DNA of 24,000 nt. Origin: Gordonia jinhuaensis (GTDB lineage Bacteria > Actinomycetota > Actinomycetes > Mycobacteriales > Mycobacteriaceae). Below are positions 1 through 14,653 of this stretch, piece by piece. The translations under genes and the position numbers were made by a program. The stretch is taken from contig NZ_BMGC01000014.1 of the NCBI RefSeq assembly GCF_014639795.1, positions 26,215 to 50,214 on the forward strand, read 5' to 3'. Numbering within the stretch: position 1 is the first letter of the stretch; every line of letters starts with the position of its first letter. The notes below the pieces were generated by a model. It was not told where the DNA came from and searched no databases. It saw only the letters and a program-made list of their open reading frames with translations.

Positions 1-1
1 G

Positions 2-640
2 TTGCGCGATGTCGCCACCAAGGCGGACGTGTCGCTGGGGACACTGCACCATTTCTTCCCCTCGAAATCCGAGCTGATGACCTCGGTCGCGCGTGCGCTG
101 ACCGACCAGCTGTCCGCCGCCATCACCTCGGCCGACTGGTTCGACACCTGGGGCGTTCGTGGCGTCGAGGGCCTCAACCAGCTGATGTCGATGTCGCTGA
201 GCGCGCTGTGGCAGACCGTGGAACAGACCCCGAACCGGCAGCTGGTCACCTACGAGATGACCACCTACGCACTGCGCGCCGGCGATGAGACCGATGTGGC
301 CGGCATCGCCCGCCAGCAGTACGCCGACAACACCACCGAAGTCGCGCAGATGCTGGCGGCGATGGCCGAGGTCACCGGGACACGGTGGACGGTGCCCCTC
401 GATCATCTCGCCCCGCTGGTACTGACCTTCATCGACGGCATGGTGCTGCGGTGGCTGGTCGACCACGACGCCGCCACCGCCGAGACCATGCGGGCGATGG
501 TCGCGCGGTTCATCGAGTCGCTCGCGGTGATCGACGAGTCGGCAGCACTCGATGCCGACGACACCTTGTCGCCGCAGTCGCCCGCCGAGGGCGGACTCGG
601 GCCGACCATCGGCTCCGATCCCGACGACTCGTATCTGTGA
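2..640 (+). CDS. TetR/AcrR-family transcriptional regulator (5' end cut by window edge)
   Basis: The ORF is open from the window start. Its first residues, RDVATKADVSLGTLHHFFPSKSEL, match helices 2-3 of the TetR HTH (compare the consensus IA..AGVS.GTLY.HF.SKE.L). About 30-40 N-terminal residues are missing. The remainder is a helical ligand-domain-like region followed by an acidic tail. G/C dominates third codon positions. Confidence 0.85.
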   Translation: MRDVATKADVSLGTLHHFFPSKSELMTSVARALTDQLSAAITSADWFDTWGVRGVEGLNQLMSMSLSALWQTVEQTPNRQLVTYEMTTYALRAGDETDVAGIARQQYADNTTEVAQMLAAMAEVTGTRWTVPLDHLAPLVLTFIDGMVLRWLVDHDAATAETMRAMVARFIESLAVIDESAALDADDTLSPQSPAEGGLGPTIGSDPDDSYL

Positions 641-924
641 TCCGCCGGGCTCGGCCGGCTGGCTGGTCTCAGGTGTGACCGCACCCACGTTGACCAGCGA
701 TTGGTCACCGTCACCGCGCTCGACCGCCCCGGTGATCAGCGGTCACGATCTGCCAACGATCCGGATTCGGGTGAACTCCATAGTCCAGACAAGGTCTTGA
801 TCGCACTCTCACCATCGGCCACACTGACTGACTGGTAGGCCGGGAAACCGGACCGGGGGTCACTATTTGATAACGAAAACGGGTATCGTACGACTCGATA
901 TCTGATCAGGTACATGAAAGTGAC

Positions 925-1920
925 GTGACAATGCAGTTGGTGAGCACTTCACCCCGTCGGTCCATCCGGCTGGCCACCATGGTGGTGGCCCTGGTCGCGG
1001 CGATTGCGGCCGCGCTGGTCGGTGCCGGCACAGCCTCGGCATGGGGACCGCCCGCCAACCAGGCCCCGACCTTCCGTCAGGACTACATCAACGGCTACGG
1101 CATGCCGAGTCCGCTGATCCGCACCTGGGCGGCCCAGGGCGTCGACCGCACCAAGGCACCGACGGTCATCTTCCTCGACGGCCTGCGCGCCACCAACGAC
1201 TTCAACGGCTGGGAGCGCGACAGCAACGTCGCCTACCTGTCCAAACACGGCTACAACGTCGTGATGCCGGTGGGCGGGCAGTCGAGCTTCTACGCCGACT
1301 GGCAGCGCCCGAGTTCGAGCGCCGGTCAGAAGTACGCCTACCGCTGGGAGAGTGTGCTCACCGGGAGCCTGCCCGACTATCTGACCAGGCGCGGCTTCTT
1401 CAACCGCACACTCGTCGGACTGTCGATGTCGGCCTCGCAGGCGGTGATCGTCGCCAACAACAACCGCGACAAGTACGCCCGCGTCGTGTCGATGTCGGGC
1501 TTCCTGCACACCACCGCGCCGACCATGCCGTCCCTGCTGCGTGCCGCGGCGTGGGATTCGGGCCACTACAACCTCAACGACATGTGGGGGCTGTACCCGA
1601 ACATCGACTCGTTCACCCACGATCCGACCCTCAATCTGTACAAGATGGGCGGGCTGCACATGTGGATCTACGCGGGCACCGGCGTATGGGGCAACCACCA
1701 GCCTCCGGGGGCCAACAACCTCGACTTCCTGACCACCGGGCTCAACTCGACGGCGATCGAGTCGGTCTCGCGTGAGCAGTCGGGTACGTTCGCCACGATC
1801 GCTCCGGCAGCCGGCGTCATCCTGCGCACCTCCTTCCCCGGAGTGGGCACCCACGCCTGGGGCTACTGGCAGGACCAGATCTGGTACATCGCCAGCACCG
1901 GGTGGTTCTACAACGGCTGA
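925..1920 (+). CDS. Secreted mycolyltransferase / esterase of the antigen-85 (Fbp) family
   Basis: 331-aa ORF with an N-terminal signal peptide (PRRSIRLATMVVALVAAIAAALVGAGTASA/WG). It is colinear with recalled Ag85A/B/C motifs: VIFLDGLRA..DFNGW, VVMPVGGQSSFYADW, nucleophile elbow GLSMSAS and the His motif GVGTHAWGYW. GAAAG at 916-920 may be the RBS. The start could be GTG 925 or ATG 931. Confidence 0.85.
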   Translation: MTMQLVSTSPRRSIRLATMVVALVAAIAAALVGAGTASAWGPPANQAPTFRQDYINGYGMPSPLIRTWAAQGVDRTKAPTVIFLDGLRATNDFNGWERDSNVAYLSKHGYNVVMPVGGQSSFYADWQRPSSSAGQKYAYRWESVLTGSLPDYLTRRGFFNRTLVGLSMSASQAVIVANNNRDKYARVVSMSGFLHTTAPTMPSLLRAAAWDSGHYNLNDMWGLYPNIDSFTHDPTLNLYKMGGLHMWIYAGTGVWGNHQPPGANNLDFLTTGLNSTAIESVSREQSGTFATIAPAAGVILRTSFPGVGTHAWGYWQDQIWYIASTGWFYNG

Positions 1921-1960
1921 CCTGTCACCGCCGGCCACCCACCCGGCAGACTTCCCCGAC

Positions 1961-2003
1961 GTCCCGAGGGCTCTCTTCACAGAGGCCCTCGGGACGTTTT
2001 TTT
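1961..2003 (+). terminator. Rho-independent terminator of the mycolyltransferase gene
   Basis: GTCCCGAGGGC-TCT / AGAGGCCCTCGGGAC forms a GC-rich stem of about 14 bp with one bulge and a 6-nt loop. It is followed by G and T7 (1997-2003) and lies 40 nt after the stop codon. Confidence 0.8.
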
Positions 2004-2073
2004 GGCCTGTGCCTGTCCACATCCCGGGGTGTGCCACGGGCTGCCCGTCCCCATCCAGTGCACGCACCCCCGC

Positions 2074-2140
2074 CACACGAGCCCCCCAGAGACGAACCCC
2101 CACCACACGAACGCCCAGCACACGAACGCCCCAGCACACG
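2074..2140. repeat. Degenerate 14-16 nt tandem repeat (about 4.4 copies) in a convergent intergenic region
   Basis: Units: CACACGAGCCCCCCAG (2074-2089), AGACGAACCCCCAC (2090-2103), CACACGAACGCCCAG (2104-2118), CACACGAACGCCCCAG (2119-2134), CACACG (2135-2140). Confidence 0.55.
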
Positions 2141-2143
2141 CAT

Positions 2144-2179
2144 GAGGGGCGCCACCTGAATGAACAGGTGGCGCCCCTC
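2144..2179 (-). terminator. Putative rpoC terminator hairpin (no U-tract, I-shaped type)
   Basis: Perfect 15-bp inverted repeat GAGGGGCGCCACCTG (2144-2158) / CAGGTGGCGCCCCTC (2165-2179) with a 6-nt loop, 75 nt downstream of the rpoC stop at 2254. No T-run follows on the minus strand, as is common for actinobacterial terminators. Confidence 0.6.
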
Positions 2180-2253
2180 CGTGCTGCCTGTGCAGCGGGC
2201 TACCTACGTGGGCTCGGCTCGCTCAGGGAATTCCCCTCGCTCAGCCGATTCCC

Positions 2254-6210
<3,957 letters not shown>

Positions 6211-6268
6211 TATGTACCTTTCAGTTGCTCAATCAGTCGAAAAAAGAAGGTCAGCGGCTGATGCCGTG

Positions 6269-6300
6269 CGCGGGCGCTCCCCCAACGGGTTGTGCGCCCG
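6269..6300 (-). other. GC-rich stem-loop in the rpoB-rpoC intergenic spacer
   Basis: GCGGGCGC (6269-6276) pairs with GCGCCCGC (6293-6300). The 16-nt loop can pair further (CCC/GGG). On the minus-strand transcript the structure lies just after the rpoB stop. It is about 20 nt upstream of a CTTCTTTTTTC run and the rpoC RBS. Confidence 0.4.
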
Positions 6301-6309
6301 CGCCCTGCA

Positions 6310-9822
<3,513 letters not shown>

Positions 9823-9995
9823 GAACGTTGTTTACCTTGCGGTTGTGGCTTGATGTGCCGTTCGCTGCTGTTCGACCTTGGCATTCACACTCGAACCGTG
9901 GGATTCCCGAATCCGACTGCTGGGCAGGAGACGGAATCCACCGGTGGTCCGGTACTGATCGTGAGATGGACAGGAGGCAGCCAGCGCAACGTCCA

Positions 9996-10026
9996 ACTGT
10001 ACCAGAAGAAACACGGGACTTGTCAA
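9996..10026 (-). promoter_or_regulatory. Candidate sigma-A-type promoter for rpoBC
   Basis: Minus strand reads TTGACA (10026-10021), a 19-nt spacer ending in TGG (extended -10 TGn), then TACAGT (10001-9996). This would give a leader of about 165 nt. The spacer is longer than optimal, and the call is sequence-only. Confidence 0.3.
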
Positions 10027-10179
10027 CACCGTGCGGAGAATGGATGACCGCAAGTGGCTGCCTGCGCTTGTCATCGCTGGCAATAGCGTGGACCGCGCGG
10101 CGCCGATCGTCAAGAGGAACGCGCCACTTTCCACCAAAATTTCCTCAGACGCCCCTCAGGAGGCCCGACAAACGCCTGG

Positions 10180-11232
10180 TCAGAACTGATCGAAGTCGCT
10201 GACGAGCCACTTGCCGTCGACCTTGGTCATCGTCGCCTGCACGCGCACCACGCCACTCTGACCGGAGATCCCGTTCGCCGAGGCGCTCACCACCATGTTG
10301 GACAGCACAGTCGCGGTGTCGCCGGTGATGGACCGGACACCGACGGTGTCGACATGGCAATCGACCTGTCCGGCGGTGTTGCCGTTCTTCTTGAGCAGAT
10401 CGCGATAGGCGGGCAGGTAGGTCTCGAGGTTCTTGGCGGCCTTGCCGACGAGGTTGGCCCGCGCACTCGCGGCCCACTTGTCGAAGTCGCCGTAGTTGAC
10501 CCCGAACACCGAGCAGATGCGGGTGGCCGCCTGCCCGGCTACCTCACTGGTCAGCGACCGGTCGACGAAGGCAGTGTTCTTGGGCTCGTCGACGCCGGGC
10601 TTGAATGCCAGCACGATCGCGGCGACCGCGGCGAGCACTGCGACGGTCGCCACCACGGCGAGGCGCTTGACCGTCCAGAACGGTGTGCGCTCGCGGGACC
10701 TCCCCGACTTCCCGGCACGTGCGGTGTCTTTGGCCGAGCCGGACGCCGCGGTACGGGGGGTCGGGCTGATGGTCGCCGCCTTCACCGGGGGACGGCGCTT
10801 ACCGCTCGGGCGGCTCGCAGTCGCGGCAGTCACGGCCTCGGCCTCGGTGACGTCGGGGGTGTCGGTGACGTCGGGGGTGTCGATGGTGCCTGTCGCGTCT
10901 GCGGCATCGGTACCGTCGGCACTCTCGGCGCTGCTGGAGATGTCTGCGGTGGTCGCGGACTCGGAGTCGGGGCTATCGGTGTCCGGTGTCCGGGCCGCCT
11001 GAGCCGGCGGTGCCGGAGCCTGGGGTGCCTCAGACTGCGGTTCCGACGTCTGTGGCACCTGAGTCTGGGGTGGTTGGGTCTGTGGCACCTGAGTCTGGGG
11101 TGCCTCATCAGCCGACGCGCCTGACCGGGAATCGCCGCGCCCCTGCCGATTCGCCCCGGCCGCGGGCCCACCGCGCCCGGCGACCCGCGGGGTGCGGCGG
11201 GGCGGCTCGTTGTTCTTCCGACGTCCGGCCAT
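10180..11232 (-). CDS. Mce-associated membrane protein (Mas family) with a long disordered N-terminal region
   Basis: 350 aa. A disordered P/Q/T/D-rich N-terminal region of about 190 aa precedes one TM helix (LAVVATVAVLAAVAAIVLAF). The C-terminal domain of about 140 aa is typical of proteins encoded downstream of mce operons. The ATG at 11232 overlaps the upstream stop (TGATG). G/C dominates third codon positions. Confidence 0.75.
   Translation of the reverse strand: MAGRRKNNEPPRRTPRVAGRGGPAAGANRQGRGDSRSGASADEAPQTQVPQTQPPQTQVPQTSEPQSEAPQAPAPPAQAARTPDTDSPDSESATTADISSSAESADGTDAADATGTIDTPDVTDTPDVTEAEAVTAATASRPSGKRRPPVKAATISPTPRTAASGSAKDTARAGKSGRSRERTPFWTVKRLAVVATVAVLAAVAAIVLAFKPGVDEPKNTAFVDRSLTSEVAGQAATRICSVFGVNYGDFDKWAASARANLVGKAAKNLETYLPAYRDLLKKNGNTAGQVDCHVDTVGVRSITGDTATVLSNMVVSASANGISGQSGVVRVQATMTKVDGKWLVSDFDQF
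10846..10881. repeat. Perfect 18-bp x2 in-frame tandem repeat inside the mas gene
   Basis: GGTGACGTCGGGGGTGTC occurs at 10846-10863 and again at 10864-10881, encoding DTPDVT-DTPDVT. Confidence 0.9.
11048..11102. repeat. 25-bp direct repeat at 30-bp period (in frame) inside the mas gene
   Basis: GTCTGTGGCACCTGAGTCTGGGGTG occurs at 11048-11072 and 11078-11102, encoding the PQTQVPQTQPPQTQVPQT segment. A degenerate further copy lies around 11020-11040. Confidence 0.85.
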
Positions 11233-11987
11233 CAGTTGCCCCCTCCCGTCGTATCGCCCTGGGACGTATCACCCTGGGTGGTATCGCCCTGGGACGAATC
11301 ACTGGTGGCCGGGGCCGGGCTCGCAGGTGTGGCGCCGGTCGAGGAATCCGATCCGCTGTCGTCGGTGGGCGTGGTGTCGTAGCCGTCGAGGCTGGTGATG
11401 GTCTTGGCCTTGTAGATGCCGCCGTCGCGCTGCACCGCGACCAGGAAGCCCATCGTCTGGCTGGTGCTCGCCTGGTTGGGACGTTGTGCGGTCACGTTCA
11501 CATAGACCAACGCCTTGCCGGTGTGGTTGCCGTGGTCGAACTCGGTGAGTCCGCTGCGCGCGACGGTCGAGGTCAGCGTCCCCGCATTCGGGCCCGCCTT
11601 GGCCAGCTGGTCGAGTCCGCTCTGGGACAGCTGCTCGGTCACGTCGCCGATCAGGGTCGAGGCGGCACGCTTCCTGAACCCATCGACATCGCCGGGGTTG
11701 ATGTTGGTGACGTTGAGCATCGCCTGCTCGGCTCCCTGCAGCGCCGAATCGCGGTCGTCGGCCACCGAAACGGTGTTGCGGGCGTCCACATAGTCGTAGA
11801 TGGCGTAGCCGAGGCCGGCGAGCGCCGCGAGCATCGCGATCGTCACCACCACCCCCGCCGCGGTGAGCCGCGATCGCTTGGAGCGCGTCGAACCGGACTG
11901 GTTCTCGCCCTCGCGCGCAGAGGTGTCCCAGGCGCTCGTCGTGGCCGTATCCGGCGCAGACTTCTCTCGCCTTCTTCTAGCAAACAT
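11232..11987 (-). CDS. Mce-associated membrane protein (Mas family)
   Basis: A basic N-terminus precedes one TM helix (VVVTIAMLAALAGLGYAIY), a periplasmic domain of about 150 aa and an S/T/G/D-rich tail. I prefer the ATG at 11987, which is preceded by AAGGTGG plus 6 nt. The track start (GTG 12038) adds 17 codons that include TTA, AGG, ACA and ACT, atypical for this genome. Confidence 0.7.
   Translation of the reverse strand: MFARRRREKSAPDTATTSAWDTSAREGENQSGSTRSKRSRLTAAGVVVTIAMLAALAGLGYAIYDYVDARNTVSVADDRDSALQGAEQAMLNVTNINPGDVDGFRKRAASTLIGDVTEQLSQSGLDQLAKAGPNAGTLTSTVARSGLTEFDHGNHTGKALVYVNVTAQRPNQASTSQTMGFLVAVQRDGGIYKAKTITSLDGYDTTPTDDSGSDSSTGATPASPAPATSDSSQGDTTQGDTSQGDTTGGGN
11251..11303. repeat. 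15-bp tandem repeat (about 3.5 copies) at the 3' end of the mas gene
   Basis: Units: GTATCGCCCTGGGAC (11251-11265), GTATCACCCTGGGTG (11266-11280), GTATCGCCCTGGGAC (11281-11295), GAATCACT (11296-11303). Together they encode SQGDT/TQGDT/SQGDT repeats. Confidence 0.85.
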
Positions 11988-12083
11988 CGTGGGCCACCTT
12001 AACGAGCCGATCTGAGTGGATTCTGTGTGGGCGCGCACCGGCCGGGACTCCCCGCCCGTCCGCGACCCGTGGCGCAGGCCGTG

Positions 12084-13328
12084 TCACTGAGCCGGACGCA
12101 CACCCAGCAACGCCGACAACTGTGTCGCGATCGGGTTGAGGTTCAGTGCGTCAGGCGCCTTCTTGGGCGTGGAATCCCACGGCTGGGCGTAGTTCGGATT
12201 GGCCAGCACGGCACGTTTGGCGCCGCGGACATCGGTCGGATTGCCCTGGGCCACCTGACAATTGGCGTTCGTGTTGAACGGGAAGTCATCGTAGTTGATG
12301 TCGAAGTCAGGGTTCTTGGCCTTGATCTCGTCGATCATCTTCGTGGTTCCCTCATACCCGTAGGTACACGTCGGCGGATTGTTGGTCTCGAGGACCACAC
12401 CAAAGTGGATGGTGCCATCACCGGGCGCGGTCGAGTAACTGCCCGCCGACAGGCCGGCCAGCATCGACAGGAGCGGTCCGACCGCGAAGTAGGTCGGCGC
12501 GGTCTCACGCACATCGGCGGCGAGATCACGAACAACGGTGGTGATGTCGCCACCCGAACGCTCCAGCAGCGCCGAGAGCTGCGTCGCCGACAGGGCGCCG
12601 GTGGTGAGCAGACGGCGGATGTCGGGATCACTCGACGACAGCTGCCGCGCGACCAGATTGATGTTCTTCGACCAGCTGAGGATCTCGTCGGATTGATCGG
12701 CCTGCGTCGTCAGAGCGGTGTCGCTGTTGCGCAACAGCGAGATGGTGGCGGGCAGGTTGTCCAAACCGGCCTTGGACAGGTTCGACAACGAGTCGACCAG
12801 CTTCGAGAGGTTCTCCCCCTGGCCGCCGATCCCCTTGGACAGCTCGGTGACAACGGTGTGCAGGTCGTCGACCGGCACCGACTTCGACAGGTCGATCGCC
12901 GACTTGATCACGTCGTCGAGCGGCGTGGGGATCTGCGTGTCGGTGATGAGCGACCCGCTCTTGAGGTAGGGCCCCTGGGCAGACTTCGGCCGCAGGTCGA
13001 CGAACTGTTCACCGACCGCCGACCGGTTGGCCACCACGGCCATCGCCGAGGCCGGGATCTTCGGCCCCGACGAGTTCAGGTCGAGGTCGGCCCGCACGCC
13101 GTCGGAGGTCAGATGCAGTTGCCCGACACGTCCGACCGGCACACCCTGGTAGGTCACCTCGGCGTTGGTGAAGATACCGCCCGAATCCTTGAAGTCGGCC
13201 TTGACCGTGTACACGGTGAGCCCGGTGATGCGCCCCACCTGCACATACGTCAGCGCCGCGTACACGATCGCCACGATGCCGACGATCGCGAAGATCACCA
13301 GCTGCCACTTCGCCAGACGCGAGATCAT
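12084..13328 (-). CDS. mceF: Mce-family substrate-binding protein MceF
   Basis: 414 aa. An N-terminal TM anchor (WQLVIFAIVGIVAIVYAAL) is followed by an MlaD/Mce domain (YTVKADFKDSGGIFTNAEVTYQGVPVGRVG) and then a helical region. Sixth mce gene of the operon. The ATG at 13328 overlaps the mceE stop (ATGA). Confidence 0.9.
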   Translation of the reverse strand: MISRLAKWQLVIFAIVGIVAIVYAALTYVQVGRITGLTVYTVKADFKDSGGIFTNAEVTYQGVPVGRVGQLHLTSDGVRADLDLNSSGPKIPASAMAVVANRSAVGEQFVDLRPKSAQGPYLKSGSLITDTQIPTPLDDVIKSAIDLSKSVPVDDLHTVVTELSKGIGGQGENLSKLVDSLSNLSKAGLDNLPATISLLRNSDTALTTQADQSDEILSWSKNINLVARQLSSSDPDIRRLLTTGALSATQLSALLERSGGDITTVVRDLAADVRETAPTYFAVGPLLSMLAGLSAGSYSTAPGDGTIHFGVVLETNNPPTCTYGYEGTTKMIDEIKAKNPDFDINYDDFPFNTNANCQVAQGNPTDVRGAKRAVLANPNYAQPWDSTPKKAPDALNLNPIATQLSALLGVRPAQ

Positions 13329-14653
13329 CGGCCGCCACCCCCGCCCGTGAGCATCGCCAGCGGACCGGTCAGGAAGGACGTGTCACTGGCGGGCTTGGGC
13401 AGCAGCTTCGCGGCCTGGCCGTTCGTCCTGTTGGGGACGGTGGCCTTGCCGGGCGTGGCGTTGGGGATCGGCAGCAGCGTCACCGTCGGCCAGCCCTTCC
13501 GCGGCCCGTTGCCGTTGATGTAGGGGTTCGACGGGTCGACGGCGGGTTCGGGGCCCGAGCCCACCGTCTGATAGCGCGGCTCACCCTGTCCGACGCCGAG
13601 CGCCTCGAGCGAGTTGAGCAGCCGCAGGTCCACCGACAGGAAGACGTTGGCCGAGTCGCCCTTCACACCCGGCAGCAACGCGTCGGGGAACGGGTAGGTC
13701 AGCAGCAGCGGACTCGCCGTGATGATGTCGGGTGCCGACTGCGCCAGTGCCTGCAGGGTCGGACGCAGCGCCCGCAGATCGGTGATGAGCTCCTCACGCG
13801 AGCGCGCCAGGATGTCGGTGCCCACCTGTCCGAGCTTGTCGAGCTTCTGCAGCAGGGTGACGAATTGCGGACGCTGACTCTCCAGCACCGCCACGCCTGC
13901 GGGCAGCTGGTCGAGGATGCGGTCGATCTGGGCCGTCTGCGCGGCGGTCCGGGTGGACAGCTGCGCCAGCCCGTCGATCGCGCCGACGATGTCGTCCTTC
14001 TGCTTGTTCAGCCCGTCGATCAGTGTGGCGGTCTGGTTCAGCAGCGACCGGGCACGGTCGGCCCGGCCGTCCAGAGCGGTGTTGAGCTCCTTGATGATCG
14101 GCGTCAGCTGCGCCAGACCACCACCGTTGAGCAGCAGCGACAGCGCACCGAGCACCTGCTCGATGTCGGTGGCCGTACGGGTGCGCTCGACCCCGATCGG
14201 CTCACTCGCGTCCTGACGCGGCAGGCCGGCATTGGACTTGGGGTCGACCAGCGCCACGAACCGCTCGCCGAGCAGGCTGGTCTGCTGGATCTGCGCCTGC
14301 GCCTTGTCGGAGAGGTCGATCTTGTTCTTGACCTTGACGGTGACCTGCGCCGACCAGCCGTTGGGTGCGACGCCGATCTTGGTCACGCGACCCACCGGCA
14401 CACCGTCGACCTTCACCGATGACTGCGGCACGAGGTCGAGGACGTCGTCGAACTGCAGCGTGTAGGTGCGGGGGTTGTCACCCACATCCACGCCGCCGGG
14501 CAGCGGCACCGAGTATATGCCCTGACTACACGAGCTGAGCACGGCGACCAGCGCCACCAGTAGTGCACCGGCTGCCGCCCGGATCCCGAGGTCCCGGCGG
14601 GAGCGACCGCGCAGGCGCGCGAGCGGCGCGGCGCGGCGGATCGGCGTGCTCAT
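13325..14653 (-). CDS. mceE: Mce-family lipoprotein MceE
   Basis: 442 aa. The signal peptide carries the lipobox LVAVLSS-C, as in the LprK-type MceE. Mce domain present ([27 protein letters not shown]). ATGA overlap with mceD. Confidence 0.9.
   Translation of the reverse strand: MSTPIRRAAPLARLRGRSRRDLGIRAAAGALLVALVAVLSSCSQGIYSVPLPGGVDVGDNPRTYTLQFDDVLDLVPQSSVKVDGVPVGRVTKIGVAPNGWSAQVTVKVKNKIDLSDKAQAQIQQTSLLGERFVALVDPKSNAGLPRQDASEPIGVERTRTATDIEQVLGALSLLLNGGGLAQLTPIIKELNTALDGRADRARSLLNQTATLIDGLNKQKDDIVGAIDGLAQLSTRTAAQTAQIDRILDQLPAGVAVLESQRPQFVTLLQKLDKLGQVGTDILARSREELITDLRALRPTLQALAQSAPDIITASPLLLTYPFPDALLPGVKGDSANVFLSVDLRLLNSLEALGVGQGEPRYQTVGSGPEPAVDPSNPYINGNGPRKGWPTVTLLPIPNATPGKATVPNRTNGQAAKLLPKPASDTSFLTGPLAMLTGGGGGR

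Noticed and set aside
644-659. Possible terminator after the TetR gene (GCCGG-gctcgg-CCGGC)
   Set aside because: The stem is only 5 bp with no T-tract. Such stems occur by chance at this GC content.
761-780. 10-mer CGGATTCGGG shared between the TetR-esterase spacer (plus strand) and the rpoB leader (minus strand, 9901-9914 region)
   Set aside because: Shared 10-mers between two places in a 24-kb window are expected by chance in large numbers, and there is no extended similarity around them.
1690-1790. Apparent loss of the catalytic Glu in the Ag85-like esterase (FLE of Ag85 aligning to FLT in LDFLTTGL)
   Set aside because: Counting back from the catalytic His gives a better register. A Glu (AIES) lies 31 residues upstream of His, against 32 in Ag85B. 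The flanking residues align (ESVSREQSGTF vs ENFVRSSNLKF). The triad is therefore probably intact, and LDFLTTGL is an insertion.
2226-2235. 10-bp palindrome GGGAATTCCC just downstream of the rpoC stop, and other short palindromes (TGATCA at 737-742 and 903-908, GATATC around 897-902)
   Set aside because: Palindromes of this length are expected many times by chance in 24 kb, and there is no paired half-site architecture or repeated spacing.
9832-10137. 101-aa minus-strand ORF (TTG start) filling the rpoB upstream region
   Set aside because: By my hand count its third-position GC is only about two-thirds, against near-saturation in real genes here. It has a TTG start with no clear RBS and no recognisable motif. 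It overlaps the candidate rpoB promoter, so it is most likely non-coding leader.
10846-11303. Whether the short direct repeats could be a CRISPR array
   Set aside because: The repeats are 15-30 bp and contiguous, with no unique spacers. They are in frame inside coding sequence, and no cas genes are present.
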